DNA from: Zoogloeaceae bacterium
GTDB lineage: Bacteria > Pseudomonadota > Gammaproteobacteria > Burkholderiales > Rhodocyclaceae
Length of the DNA: 55,307 nucleotides
Assembly: GCA_031276915.1 (NCBI GenBank)
Contig: JAISME010000022.1
Location: 1-55,307, forward strand
Reading direction: 5' to 3'
Each line of letters begins with the position of its first letter. Positions within the stretch are counted from its first letter, which is position 1. Under the pieces are notes generated by a model, which was not told where the DNA came from, searched no databases, and saw only the letters and a list, made by a program, of their open reading frames with translations. A program made the translations under genes and the position numbers. Positions 1 through 9,858 of this stretch are shown here, piece by piece.

Positions 1-239
1 TTGAGGCTGGAGACCATGCCCTTGCTGTTGGCGTAATGTTCGAGGTCGCCGTTCACGATGGCCTTCTCGGTCGCCACGATCAGCGCCAGATCGCCGCTTT
101 TGCCCACCGCGCGCACATGATCCAGGAGATTGGCGCGTTCTTTTTTCAGGTTCCTCGCGTTGACTGATAACGACAATGCCTTGGACCAGCCTGCTTCCCG
201 CGCAAGCGTATTTATCAACTGAGGCAGGGATTTATTCAT
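1..239 (-). CDS. Hypothetical protein, runs off the window edge (MNKSLPQLINTLAREAGWSKALS...VGKSGDLALIVATEKAIVNGDLEHYANSKGMVSSL); partner of the upstream small-protein paralogs
   Basis: Open frame read by hand from ATG at 239; ATGA overlap with the stop of 236..511; not in the ORF track because it is truncated. Confidence 0.7.
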   Translation of the reverse strand, partial: MNKSLPQLINTLAREAGWSKALSLSVNARNLKKERANLLDHVRAVGKSGDLALIVATEKAIVNGDLEHYANSKGMVSSL

Positions 240-511
240 GCGTCAAGCCAGTTTTCGCCATATACGCGATTGGCCTCCCCGATGCACAGGAAATCCTGCT
301 TCCGCACAAAATCCGCGCCCAGGACATTTTTCATGGTCTTCAGCGCATAGGGTGGCAAGTCGGCGTAGCGTAGCCATGCCCAGGACGTTTCTTCGTCTCC
401 GGCATGGCTGGCTTCCTGTGACTCGGCGAGATAGACAAGATTCATCCCCCCTTCTCGTAGCAAGGCTTCCCGTTCCTCGACGGGCAGGTAGCTCTTGGGC
501 AGTTCAGGCAT
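236..511 (-). CDS. Small hypothetical protein, paralog 1 of 3 (PKSYL...AGDEETSWAWL...YGENWLDA)
   Basis: 91 aa ORF with AAGGAG RBS; homologous to two adjacent ORFs. Confidence 0.8.
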   Translation of the reverse strand: MPELPKSYLPVEEREALLREGGMNLVYLAESQEASHAGDEETSWAWLRYADLPPYALKTMKNVLGADFVRKQDFLCIGEANRVYGENWLDA

Positions 512-594
512 GATTTACTCCTTCCAGTTGAGATGCAGGGGAATTCTTCCCCGGTGTTCCAGGTCCCGCATGATCGTATGGAGCTGCGCAATCT

Positions 595-867
595 TCATGC
601 GTCAAGCCAGTTTTCGCCGTATACGCGATTGGCTTCCCCGATGCATAGGAAATCCTGCTTCCGCACAAAATCCGCGCCCAGGACATTTTTCATGGTCTTC
701 AGCGCATAGGGTGGCAAGTCGGCGTAGCGTAGCCATGCCCAGGATGTTTCCTCGTCTCCGGCATCTCGTGCCGCTCCTGCCTCCGCGAGATAAATTTCAT
801 TTTGCGTCAGCCCCACCCGGTCAGCGTCGGCCAGGTAACTCTTGGGTGTTTCAGGAAGTTTGGACAT
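595..867 (-). CDS. Small hypothetical protein, paralog 2 of 3
   Basis: ATG at 867 after GGAG; C-terminal ~55 aa identical to paralog 1. Confidence 0.8.
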   Translation of the reverse strand: MSKLPETPKSYLADADRVGLTQNEIYLAEAGAARDAGDEETSWAWLRYADLPPYALKTMKNVLGADFVRKQDFLCIGEANRVYGENWLDA

Positions 868-912
868 TATTTTCTCCATTGGTCAGGAATGGAAAGTTCT
901 GCATGCCTTTGG

Positions 913-1185
913 TCATGGCGCGTCAAGCCATCCGGGGCCGTATTCTGCGTCGGCGGGCGCGGTGTTCAATCCCTTTTCCCGGACAAAATCCGCGCCCAGG
1001 TTCTTCTTGCATGACATCAGCGAGTAGGCGGGCAAGTCGGCAAGCGCCAGCCACTTCCAGGAGGTGTCCTCGTCGCCGGCTTCTCCCGCCGCCATGGCTT
1101 CGGCAAGGTAAATCCCGTTCTGTGTCAATCCTTCCCGCTCCTCGACGGGCAGGTAGCTCTTGGGCAGTTCAGGGAATTCGGGCAT
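913..1185 (-). CDS. Small hypothetical protein, paralog 3 of 3
   Basis: ATG at 1185 after AAGGA; same motifs (PKSYLPVEERE, AGDEDTSW, LGADFVR, YGxxWLDA). Confidence 0.8.
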   Translation of the reverse strand: MPEFPELPKSYLPVEEREGLTQNGIYLAEAMAAGEAGDEDTSWKWLALADLPAYSLMSCKKNLGADFVREKGLNTAPADAEYGPGWLDAP

Positions 1186-1309
1186 TGTTTTTTCCTTGAT
1201 CCGGGTGGGATTGGATTCGAGTATAGCGATATTTCGGGGAAACTGTCCAAGACCCGCGCAGGTCCTTTCCGGGCGATTGACCCAGGGATTGCCTTGTGCG
1301 ATGGGCATG

Positions 1310-1337
1310 AAAAACGCCCCTGCAAGGGGGCGTTTTT
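1310..1337. terminator. Intrinsic terminator downstream of pilA
   Basis: AAAAACGCCCC-loop-GGGGCGTTTTT hairpin with T/A tails. Confidence 0.8.
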
Positions 1338-1367
1338 ACGTTGATGCCAGTCAGTGGTGTATGGCGA

Positions 1368-1814
1368 TCAGCTCCGGCAACGCGCGGGCAGCCATTTTTC
1401 CAGCAATCTGGCGGCATTCTCCGACTTGCAGTTCCATTCGATGGAACCGGCATCATCGCTCGCGGACCCGATCAGCAGAACCTTCGCGCCATCGGCGACC
1501 TTGGCATTGTATTCGATCAAGATATAGCCTTTACCGTCTTCGCTGTAGAGACTCACACGCTTGACCGCGTTCCCCACGATGGAGCTTGGCGCCGCAAGAC
1601 CAGCGGAAGCGTTGCTGGGCGGCCAGTAGCCGCGGTCGGAAAAGAATTCCGAGGCGCCGGACTTGCCACCGGCGGCCAGGGTCAGCCCTTCGGACACGTG
1701 GGCGCGCTTGGCGTAATCCTGATAGGCGGGCAGCGCAATGGCGGCCAGGATGCCGATGATGGCGACAACGATCATCAGTTCGATGAGGGTGAAGCCTTGT
1801 TGGATCTTCTTCAT
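1368..1814 (-). CDS. pilA: Type IVa major pilin
   Basis: [34 protein letters not shown] prepilin motif; C-terminal Cys pair. Confidence 0.95.
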   Translation of the reverse strand: MKKIQQGFTLIELMIVVAIIGILAAIALPAYQDYAKRAHVSEGLTLAAGGKSGASEFFSDRGYWPPSNASAGLAAPSSIVGNAVKRVSLYSEDGKGYILIEYNAKVADGAKVLLIGSASDDAGSIEWNCKSENAARLLEKWLPARCRS

Positions 1815-1862
1815 GTTCAATCTCCTTTGGTTGGAAAAAAGCGGGAACCGCTAACCGGTTAG

Positions 1863-1878
1863 AGCAATATATGTGCCA
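1863..1878 (-). promoter_or_regulatory. Sigma54 (-24/-12) promoter of pilA
   Basis: Minus strand TGGCAC-ATATA-TTGCT matches the consensus; IHF-like AAACAACGGGTTA at 1922-1934. Confidence 0.85.
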
Positions 1879-1985
1879 TATTTCCCAGGCAACCGGCGCG
1901 AGCCCCCTGTATTATATTGGAAAACAACGGGTTACCCCGTGTTTTCCCGAAATGCACCGTAGATACAGGAAGCGCGGCCAGACAG

Positions 1986-2003
1986 CCCCCCCCCCCCCCC
2001 CCC
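1986..2003. repeat. C18/G18 homopolymer tract upstream of the pilA promoter
   Basis: 18 consecutive C on the + strand. Confidence 0.9.
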
Positions 2004-2179
2004 GAGCAATGTGACAATTTTCGGCAGGCAATCTGCCGCATTTTGTCGTTTTTCCACCTCGCCGCCTTGCTGCCATACCCCGGGAAGTGGCGTCCCTGGC
2101 TTCTTTCCCGGCATTGCCCCGGCGCGCCAGCAACCGGCGCTGTCATCATTGTCATCACTTTCACCGCCACCATCGAGAC

Positions 2180-2265
2180 CATTGGTATCTATAGTAGGGG
2201 GAGCTTCCAGCTCCCCCGCAGAATGACCGGGAGCAGGATGCTCCCCCGTCGTGTAGATACCTATG
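2180..2265. repeat. REP/MITE-like palindromic element
   Basis: Imperfect terminal inverted repeats CATTGGTATCTATAGTAGGGGGAGC ... GCTCCCCCGTCGTGTAGATACCTATG with two internal GGGAGC/GCTCCC hairpins; an extra GTGTAGATACCT half at 2311. Confidence 0.6.
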
Positions 2266-2340
2266 CATTGGAACGCACCGGAATTGCCGGGATTGACCGC
2301 TACGTCGGGTGTGTAGATACCTGTGCATCAGGACGCCAGT

Positions 2341-3264
2341 TCAGGAGGCCAGTTCGCCGGGCAGGGGAAAATTCAGCGTTTCCCGCGCGCCCTCCAGCGC
2401 GCGCGCCGGTCCGCAACCCAACTGGACAAGACGGTCCACGACAGCCCCGACGAGATTCTCGGGCGCCGACGCGCCGGCGGTAACGCCGACCCGGCGCTTG
2501 CCGGCGAGCCAGGCCGGGTCGATTTCACCGGCGGAATCCACAAGGCAGGCGTCCACGCCCATGCTGGCCGCCACTTCCCGCAGGCGGCGGGAATTGGAAC
2601 TGTTGGGACTGCCGACCACGATCACGAGATCGCAGCTTTCCGCCAGGCGTTTCACGGCGTTCTGGCGGTTTTGCGTGGCATAGCAGATGTCGTCCTTCTT
2701 CGGCCCGCGAATCTCCGGGAAACGGCGTCGCAGGGCGTCGACAACCTTGCTGGCGTCATCCATGGAAAGCGTGGTCTGCGTGACGTAGGAGAGGCGTTCC
2801 GGCGTCTGGACGGCAAGCGCAGCGGCGTCCGCCACGGTTTCCACGAGATACATGCCGTCCTCGCACTGCCCCATCGTGCCCTCGACTTCCGGGTGGCCCC
2901 GATGGCCGATCATGACCACTTCCCGCGCCGCGCCGCGCATCTTGCGCACTTCGGAATGCACCTTGGTGACCAGCGGGCAGGTCGCGTCGAACACCTTCAG
3001 GCCCCGCGCCCCGGCCTCCTGGCGCACGGCGCGGGGAACGCCGTGCGCGCTGAAAATCAGGACGCCCCCGACCGGCACGCTGGCGACCTCCTCCACGAAC
3101 ACCGCGCCCCTGGCGCGCAGGCAGTCACAGACAAGGCGATTGTGCACTACCTCGTGCCGCACGTAGACGGGCGCGCCGAATTTTTCCAGGGCGCGCTCGA
3201 CAATGGTGATGGCGCGGGTGACGCCCGCGCAGAAACCGCGTGGATTGGCAAGCAGGATGTCCAT
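2341..3264 (-). CDS. ispH: 4-hydroxy-3-methylbut-2-enyl diphosphate reductase
   Basis: [43 protein letters not shown] motifs. Confidence 0.97.
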   Translation of the reverse strand: MDILLANPRGFCAGVTRAITIVERALEKFGAPVYVRHEVVHNRLVCDCLRARGAVFVEEVASVPVGGVLIFSAHGVPRAVRQEAGARGLKVFDATCPLVTKVHSEVRKMRGAAREVVMIGHRGHPEVEGTMGQCEDGMYLVETVADAAALAVQTPERLSYVTQTTLSMDDASKVVDALRRRFPEIRGPKKDDICYATQNRQNAVKRLAESCDLVIVVGSPNSSNSRRLREVAASMGVDACLVDSAGEIDPAWLAGKRRVGVTAGASAPENLVGAVVDRLVQLGCGPARALEGARETLNFPLPGELAS

Positions 3265-3267
3265 GAC

Positions 3268-3711
3268 CTAGAGAATGGCGATGATTTCCACTTCGAAACG
3301 GATCGGTTTCCCGGCCAGGGGATGGTTGAAATCGAAAAGACCATGCGTCGCGTCAAGGGCGCGCAGGAAACCGGAGAAGGCGCGCCCCCCGGGCGTGGTG
3401 AATTCGACCAGCGTATTTTCCGCCAGCGCCGTTCCCGGCGGCAGGGCAAAACGCGCGATGCGCTCGACCAGGCGGGGATTGACCGCGCCGAAGGCTTCTT
3501 CCGGCTCGAGATCGAACGCGTAGCGCTCGCCTTCGGCAAGGCCGATCAGGCAGTCCTCCAGGCAGGGCGCGAGCTGGCCGCTTCCCATCTGCAGGGTGGC
3601 GGGCGACAGGCCGAACGTGGAAAGCCATTCCTCGCCATCCCGCGTGGCGACGCGGTAATGCAGGGTGAGAAAACTGTCGGAGCGGACGGTTGGCGTATCG
3701 GATGTTGACAT
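3268..3711 (-). CDS. fkpB: FKBP-type peptidyl-prolyl isomerase (SlpA)
   Basis: LTLHYRV, LEPEEAFG, DFNHPLAGK motifs; conserved fkpB-ispH linkage; start MSTSD. Confidence 0.9.
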   Translation of the reverse strand: MSTSDTPTVRSDSFLTLHYRVATRDGEEWLSTFGLSPATLQMGSGQLAPCLEDCLIGLAEGERYAFDLEPEEAFGAVNPRLVERIARFALPPGTALAENTLVEFTTPGGRAFSGFLRALDATHGLFDFNHPLAGKPIRFEVEIIAIL

Positions 3712-4069
3712 GGGGTTTGCCGGGCCGGCGAAATTGACCGGACGCGCGGAATTTCTTGCCGCCGGGGAAGGCGCGCAATCATAGCAGAACCGGGGAAAAT
3801 CCGGACAGGCCCCCGGAACCGCGCGGGCGCGGGTCGCCGTCGCGCCCCGACGGAGCAAGTATAATCACGGCGACCCTCGCGCGGCGGGCTTCGCGCCTGT
3901 CGCGCGGGACGGGTTGGAAGGGGGCTGGAAGGGGCTTCCCTCTTCCGGGCCGTCGCGGTCGAAACCCTGGCCGGAAACGGCGGGAGCGGGATGCTTCCGC
4001 CGCTGGAAGAAAGGGATTCCCGCCTTCGCGCCGATTCTTTCGGGCGGGGCTTCCAATGGAGTTCGCTGC

Positions 4070-4726
4070 ATGATGAAACCCGTCACTCTCCGGCTCAACA
4101 AGGCGCATTACCCGGTCACGGTGCTGGGGCATGGACGCCGCGCCGGCATCTGGTTCCAGGGGTGTTCCATCCGGTGTCGGGGATGTGTTTCGCGGGACAC
4201 CTGGGAGACCGGCGAAGGCGCGGAAATCGCCGCGCCCGATGTCGTCGCGTGGGTGCGGGACAAGGCAGGGACCGGGCTGGATGGCGTGACGTTCAGCGGC
4301 GGCGAACCCTTCGAGCAGCCGCTTGCCCTGCAGGCCCTGCTCGATGGATTGCGGCAGTGGCGCAAACGCGCGGGCCTGCGCTTCGACCTGCTCTGCTACA
4401 GCGGCTATCCCTTGCGGACCTTGCGGCGACAGCACGCCGGGCTGCTCGGGAAACTCGACGCCATCATCCCCGAACCCTATGTGGAAAACCTGCCGCAAGG
4501 CGGCATCTGGCGTGGTTCCGCCAACCAGACGCTGGTTCCGCTCTCGCCCTTGGGAGAGGAACGGTATGGCGGCAAGGGCGCGATGGCGGCGGAAAAGGCC
4601 ATGCAGGTGGCGGTGGAAAACGGGCGCGTCTGGATGATCGGCATTCCCGGACGCAACGACATGGCGGCGCTGGAGGCGTTGTGCGCAGCGCGCGGCCTTA
4701 CCCTCGACCAGGTTTCCTGGCGGTGA
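4070..4726 (+). CDS. Radical SAM / 4Fe-4S single-cluster protein (NrdG-activase-like)
   Basis: GIWFQGCSIRCRGC (CxxxCxxC), SGGEPF, WRGSANQ motifs. Confidence 0.85.
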   Translation: MMKPVTLRLNKAHYPVTVLGHGRRAGIWFQGCSIRCRGCVSRDTWETGEGAEIAAPDVVAWVRDKAGTGLDGVTFSGGEPFEQPLALQALLDGLRQWRKRAGLRFDLLCYSGYPLRTLRRQHAGLLGKLDAIIPEPYVENLPQGGIWRGSANQTLVPLSPLGEERYGGKGAMAAEKAMQVAVENGRVWMIGIPGRNDMAALEALCAARGLTLDQVSWR

Positions 4727-7452
4727 TGCGTCCCGCGACATTCGTCCGCGTCTGCCCGGCCTGCGAAACCGAGAATCCCCCGGAACGCATGCATTGCCGT
4801 GTCTGCGCGACTTCGCTCGCGGATGTGGATTTCCATCGCCGCGCCGCCACGCCGGAACCGGAAACGCCCTCCGGGACGAACGCCGCCGCCGCCGCCGCCG
4901 CTGCGCGGGGCGAAACGCAGGGCGAAACGCGGGGCGAAACGCAGGGCGAAACGCGGGGCGAAACGCAGGACGAAGTGCGAGGCAAAGCGCAGGACGAAGC
5001 GCGGGACGCGGGGGTTTCCGCCGTCGCCGCGCGCCATGTCAATCCCGACGCTGTTCCGGAGGTCGCCCCGGCGGTGGCGGCGAGGATTGCGCCGGACGCG
5101 CCCGCGGGAACGGTGCGCTGTCCCGCGCCGGATTGCGGCCAGTCGAATCCGCCGGGAAGCGCGCGCTGTCTCTATTGCGATTCGCCCCTGCCATCCGCGG
5201 AAGCGCGGCCCGCCGCGCCCGCGCCTGTGACTTCCGCTTTCCCCGTCCTGGAGCTGGCGCGGCCGGAACTCGACCATGTGCCGGCGGCGACGCCCGGCGC
5301 GCCCACGTTGCGCATCGTGCTGCCGCGCCGGCTGGCGACGCGGTTTCGCGTGCTCCGCGAACTGGCGGCGACAGGCAGCGAATCCGATCTCCTGATCGTC
5401 ACGCCGGCGGAGGCGGAAAGCGGTCCGCGGCGGGTGCTGAAACTCTACCGGCGCGGCATCCGTCCGGACGCCAATCTGCTCGCCCGCGTCACCGGAGCGG
5501 GACCGCACGTCGTCCAGTTGATCGAATACGGCGTGGACGAGGGGCTTGCCTGGACATTGATGGAATACTGCGCGGGCGGGAACCTGAGGGACATCCTGGA
5601 GGGACGGCTTGTCGACCGGGAATTCTTCACGCGCCTGGCGCGGGAACTGTCCGCCGGCGTAAACGCGCTGCACGCGCGCGGCATCCTGCACCGGGATTTG
5701 AAACCCGAGAATGTCCTGGTGAGAAAGACGTCGCCGCTCGCGCTCGCGCTCACCGATTTCGGCATCGCCTCGCTCGCCGAGGGCACGCGGCTTTTCACCG
5801 ACAACGCCCGCACCGTCAAGTACGCCGCGCCGGAAGCGCTCACCGGCGTGCTGGACGCCAAGGCCGACTGGTGGTCGGTGGGCATGATCCTGCTGGAAGC
5901 GGCTTCCGGAAGACATCCCTTCGACGGTTTGTCGGAACAGGTTGTCAATCACCATCTGGCGACCCGTCCGGTCGCGGTCGCGGGCCTTGTCGACGCGCGC
6001 ATGGAAAAACTCTGCCGGGGACTTCTGCTGCGCGATCCGGACCGGCGCTGGGGCGCGCCGGAAGTGGCCCGCTGGCTGGCTGGCGACACCACCCTGCCGA
6101 TGCCGGTGGAAACCGGCGCGGAACGGGTGCGCCCGTTCCGCCTGGGTGCGGGCGAAGCCCGCGACGCCGGGGAACTGGCGGCGCTCTTCGCGTCCGGTCC
6201 AGAACAGTGGCGGCAGGGCATGCGCGACCTGCAAAATGGCCTGGTTCAGACATGGATCAAGGAGGAACTGCATGATTTTGGCCTCCTGCGCGCCATCAAC
6301 GCGCTTTCGGACGTTCCTGGCGAAAGGGCGGAACGCAGGTTCCTGCGCTTCCTGCTGGCCGCCGCGCCGGATTTGCCGCCCTGCTGGCTGGGCCGTCCGG
6401 CGGGAGGGGAAGCCCTGGAAGCCTGCGCGCGGCAGGCGTGCGCGGACACGGCGGAGGCGCGCGACGCGCGCGCCTGGCTGGTCGACCTCTACGAAAACAG
6501 CGCGCTTTCCCTGTTTGGCGCAACGCATCCGGAACTGACGCGGCTGAGCGAAACCTGGCGGCAAACCATGGCGGAGATTCGCCATGTCTGGGAGACGATG
6601 AAGAAAACAAGCCGCGGCTGGATGCGACAGATTGACGCGGAAGAAAGCGGCGCCGTGAATTTCGACGCGCTCATCTACGGTTCCGCCAATACCGTGCCCC
6701 TGCCCGCCCCGGCGCGCCTGCATCCGCGCGTCATCCTGGCGCTGACGCAGGCCGGTTTCCTGGACGCCCTGGAAAAGGACATCGGGCGCGTGGCGATGGA
6801 ACTGGCCGACGATGCGCCCTGGTTCGCGGAAATGGCGACGGCCATGCCGACGGGAATGGCCAGTCGCGCCGCCCGGTTGATCGCCGCCGGCGAGATGGCG
6901 GAAATCGCCCGCGCGTCGGCGGTGGCGGTGCGGGAAAAACGCCGGCGGCAATCGGAAAGGCAGGGACGGTCGCTTGCCGCCGCCCGCGCGGAAATCGAGG
7001 TGGCCCTGCAACCTTTCCTGCACGTGGACGACGCGCTTGACGCGGAAACCATCCTGGAATTGCGCGCCACCCTGGAAAACTTCCGGCAGCGCATCCAGGC
7101 CATGCGGGAATCCGGCGGTTTCCGGGACGCGGCATTCACGCGCCAGATCAACACACTGGAATACCGGGCGGACATGCTGGAAGCCGCTTTCGACAACATC
7201 AGCAACCGGGGCCTGCCGTTCGAAATCGCGGGAAAACCTGCTGTCATGCTGGGGGTGATTGCGGGCGGAATCCTGTTCTTTCTCCTCCTGTTCGCCACCG
7301 GGCAGCCCTCGCTGCCGCTGCTCTGCGTTGGCGGCGCGGTCGCGGTGGCCGTCGCCTGGCTGTACTGGCGGTGGCGATTCGCCCGCAGGCAGGCGGAATG
7401 GCAATTCCGGCAATTCCGGCGCGCGTGCCTGGACGCGGACGGGAATCCATGA
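4726..7452 (+). CDS. Hanks-type Ser/Thr kinase with two N-terminal zinc ribbons and C-terminal membrane helices
   Basis: CPAC..CRVC and CPAPDC..CLYC; VLK, HRDLKPEN, DFG, APE motifs; hydrophobic C-terminus; TGATG coupling to the upstream gene. Confidence 0.9.
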   Translation: MRPATFVRVCPACETENPPERMHCRVCATSLADVDFHRRAATPEPETPSGTNAAAAAAAARGETQGETRGETQGETRGETQDEVRGKAQDEARDAGVSAVAARHVNPDAVPEVAPAVAARIAPDAPAGTVRCPAPDCGQSNPPGSARCLYCDSPLPSAEARPAAPAPVTSAFPVLELARPELDHVPAATPGAPTLRIVLPRRLATRFRVLRELAATGSESDLLIVTPAEAESGPRRVLKLYRRGIRPDANLLARVTGAGPHVVQLIEYGVDEGLAWTLMEYCAGGNLRDILEGRLVDREFFTRLARELSAGVNALHARGILHRDLKPENVLVRKTSPLALALTDFGIASLAEGTRLFTDNARTVKYAAPEALTGVLDAKADWWSVGMILLEAASGRHPFDGLSEQVVNHHLATRPVAVAGLVDARMEKLCRGLLLRDPDRRWGAPEVARWLAGDTTLPMPVETGAERVRPFRLGAGEARDAGELAALFASGPEQWRQGMRDLQNGLVQTWIKEELHDFGLLRAINALSDVPGERAERRFLRFLLAAAPDLPPCWLGRPAGGEALEACARQACADTAEARDARAWLVDLYENSALSLFGATHPELTRLSETWRQTMAEIRHVWETMKKTSRGWMRQIDAEESGAVNFDALIYGSANTVPLPAPARLHPRVILALTQAGFLDALEKDIGRVAMELADDAPWFAEMATAMPTGMASRAARLIAAGEMAEIARASAVAVREKRRRQSERQGRSLAAARAEIEVALQPFLHVDDALDAETILELRATLENFRQRIQAMRESGGFRDAAFTRQINTLEYRADMLEAAFDNISNRGLPFEIAGKPAVMLGVIAGGILFFLLLFATGQPSLPLLCVGGAVAVAVAWLYWRWRFARRQAEWQFRQFRRACLDADGNP
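4909..5004 (+). repeat. 12-bp coding tandem repeat (GETQ/GETR x5, then degenerate)
   Basis: GGCGAAACGCRG x5 at 4909-4968, preceded by a (GCC)n poly-Ala run. Confidence 0.85.
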
Positions 7453-7542
7453 CCACCGGGTTCGCGCGGCGCATGGCGCGTTGTGGATTGTCGTTCGCGG
7501 ACCATCGGGAACCACACATCGGGAACCACATCAGGAACCATC

Positions 7543-8604
<1,062 letters not shown>

Positions 8605-8624
8605 AAAGCCGTTTCACCAACGCG

Positions 8625-8656
8625 AAAAAGGCCGGCAATCCCGCCCGGCCCTTTTT
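8625..8656. terminator. Bidirectional terminator between convergent ruvB and serC
   Basis: AAAAAGGCCGG...CCGGCCCTTTTT. Confidence 0.7.
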
Positions 8657-8700
8657 GCACTTTCCGCTCCGCGTGGATCCCCCTTCCGGGCTTCCAACCC

Positions 8701-9858
8701 TCAATTCGCGTGTTCTTGCCTGAAATCCGTCATGAACGCGATCAACGCCTCGACGCCTTCTTCCGGTACGGCATTGTAGAGGGAGGCGCGGATGCCGCCG
8801 ACGGATTTGTGGCCTTTCAGTCCCATGAACCCCGCCGCTTCGGAGGCGCGGACGAATTCGCCTTCCAGTTCCGGCGTCGGCAGGTTGAAGGGGACGTTCA
8901 TGCGGGAACGACACGCGGGGTCAACGTGATTCGTGTAGAAGCCGTCGCTTTCGTCGATGGCGGCATAGAGGCGATCCGCCTTGGCGCGGTTGGTTTTCTC
9001 CACACCGTCCAGGCCGCCCTGCCGCTTCAGCCATTTGAACACCAGCCCGGCGACATAGATGGCGAAGGTGGGCGGGGTGTTGAGCATGGAATCGTTCGCG
9101 GCCTGTGCCCGGTAATCCAGGATCGCGGGAATGCCGGGCGCCGCCCGTTCGAGCAGATCCGCGCGCACGATGACGATGGTCAGGCCGGCAATCCCGATGT
9201 TTTTTTGCGCGCCGGCATAGAGGAGGCCATACCGGCGAACATCCATGGGTCGGGAAAGGATGTGCGAACTCATGTCCGAGACGAGGGGAACCGAAGCCGC
9301 CCTGTCGGCAAGACGCGCAATATAGGTCTCGTCGATTTCCACGCCGTGGATGGTTTCATTGCCGCAAAGATGCAGATAGGCCGCTTCGGGGTCCAGTTGC
9401 AGCGCGTCGATGCCGGGCAGGCGCGTGAAAGGCTCGTCCGCGCGCGCGACGCGCGCCAATCCAGATTTGCCAGTTCCTGAAAAGGGTGTAGGCTCGTCCG
9501 CGCGCGCGACGCGCGCCTTGCCCAGCCGGGCGGCCTCTCCATATGCCTTTTGCGACCACGCGCCGGTAATCAGGTAGTCCGCGCTTTTTCCTTCCGCGAG
9601 ATTCATCGGGACCTGCGCGAATTGCAACGACGCGCCGCCCTGCAAGAACAGCACCGCGTAGCTTTCCGGGATGTCCAGCAATTCCCGCAGGTCGGCCCTT
9701 GCCGCCTCGATCACGCCGGAAAACGCCTTGCCGCGATGGCTCACTTCCATGATCCCCGCGCCGATGCCCCGCCAGTCGGGGAATTCCCGCTGGATTTCCA
9801 GGACGACTTCCGTGGGCAGCGCCGCCGGACCGGCGCTCATGTTCCAGACGCGACGCAT
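8701..9858 (-). CDS. serC: Phosphoserine aminotransferase with a 20-aa insertion
   Basis: SAGPA, MEVSHRG, NETIHGVE, DMSS, GAQKNIG, NTPPT, GHKSVGGIRASLYNA. Confidence 0.95.
   Translation of the reverse strand: MRRVWNMSAGPAALPTEVVLEIQREFPDWRGIGAGIMEVSHRGKAFSGVIEAARADLRELLDIPESYAVLFLQGGASLQFAQVPMNLAEGKSADYLITGAWSQKAYGEAARLGKARVARADEPTPFSGTGKSGLARVARADEPFTRLPGIDALQLDPEAAYLHLCGNETIHGVEIDETYIARLADRAASVPLVSDMSSHILSRPMDVRRYGLLYAGAQKNIGIAGLTIVIVRADLLERAAPGIPAILDYRAQAANDSMLNTPPTFAIYVAGLVFKWLKRQGGLDGVEKTNRAKADRLYAAIDESDGFYTNHVDPACRSRMNVPFNLPTPELEGEFVRASEAAGFMGLKGHKSVGGIRASLYNAVPEEGVEALIAFMTDFRQEHAN
9430..9517. repeat. 28-bp exact direct repeat flanking a 32-bp insert inside serC
   Basis: AGGCTCGTCCGCGCGCGCGACGCGCGCC at 9430-9457 and 9490-9517. 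Confidence 0.95.

Noticed and set aside
2251..2336. Two similar ~26-bp sequences 60 bp apart as a degenerate CRISPR array
   Set aside because: Only two units, and the first is one arm of an inverted-repeat element; a REP/MITE explains it better.
3780..4069. Riboswitch or ncRNA upstream of the radical SAM gene
   Set aside because: Only generic GC-rich pairing and a TATAAT at 3860; no family motif recognised. An Rfam search would be needed.
3991..4725. N-terminal extension making the kinase 1153 aa
   Set aside because: It overlaps the radical SAM gene in another frame; the TGATG junction at 4724-4728 gives the natural start.
4477..7515. 1012-aa antisense ORF (likewise 35422-37317, 43961-45766, 46382-48160 and 48422-50197)
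   Set aside because: Shadow frames of real GC-rich genes, with no recognisable motifs.
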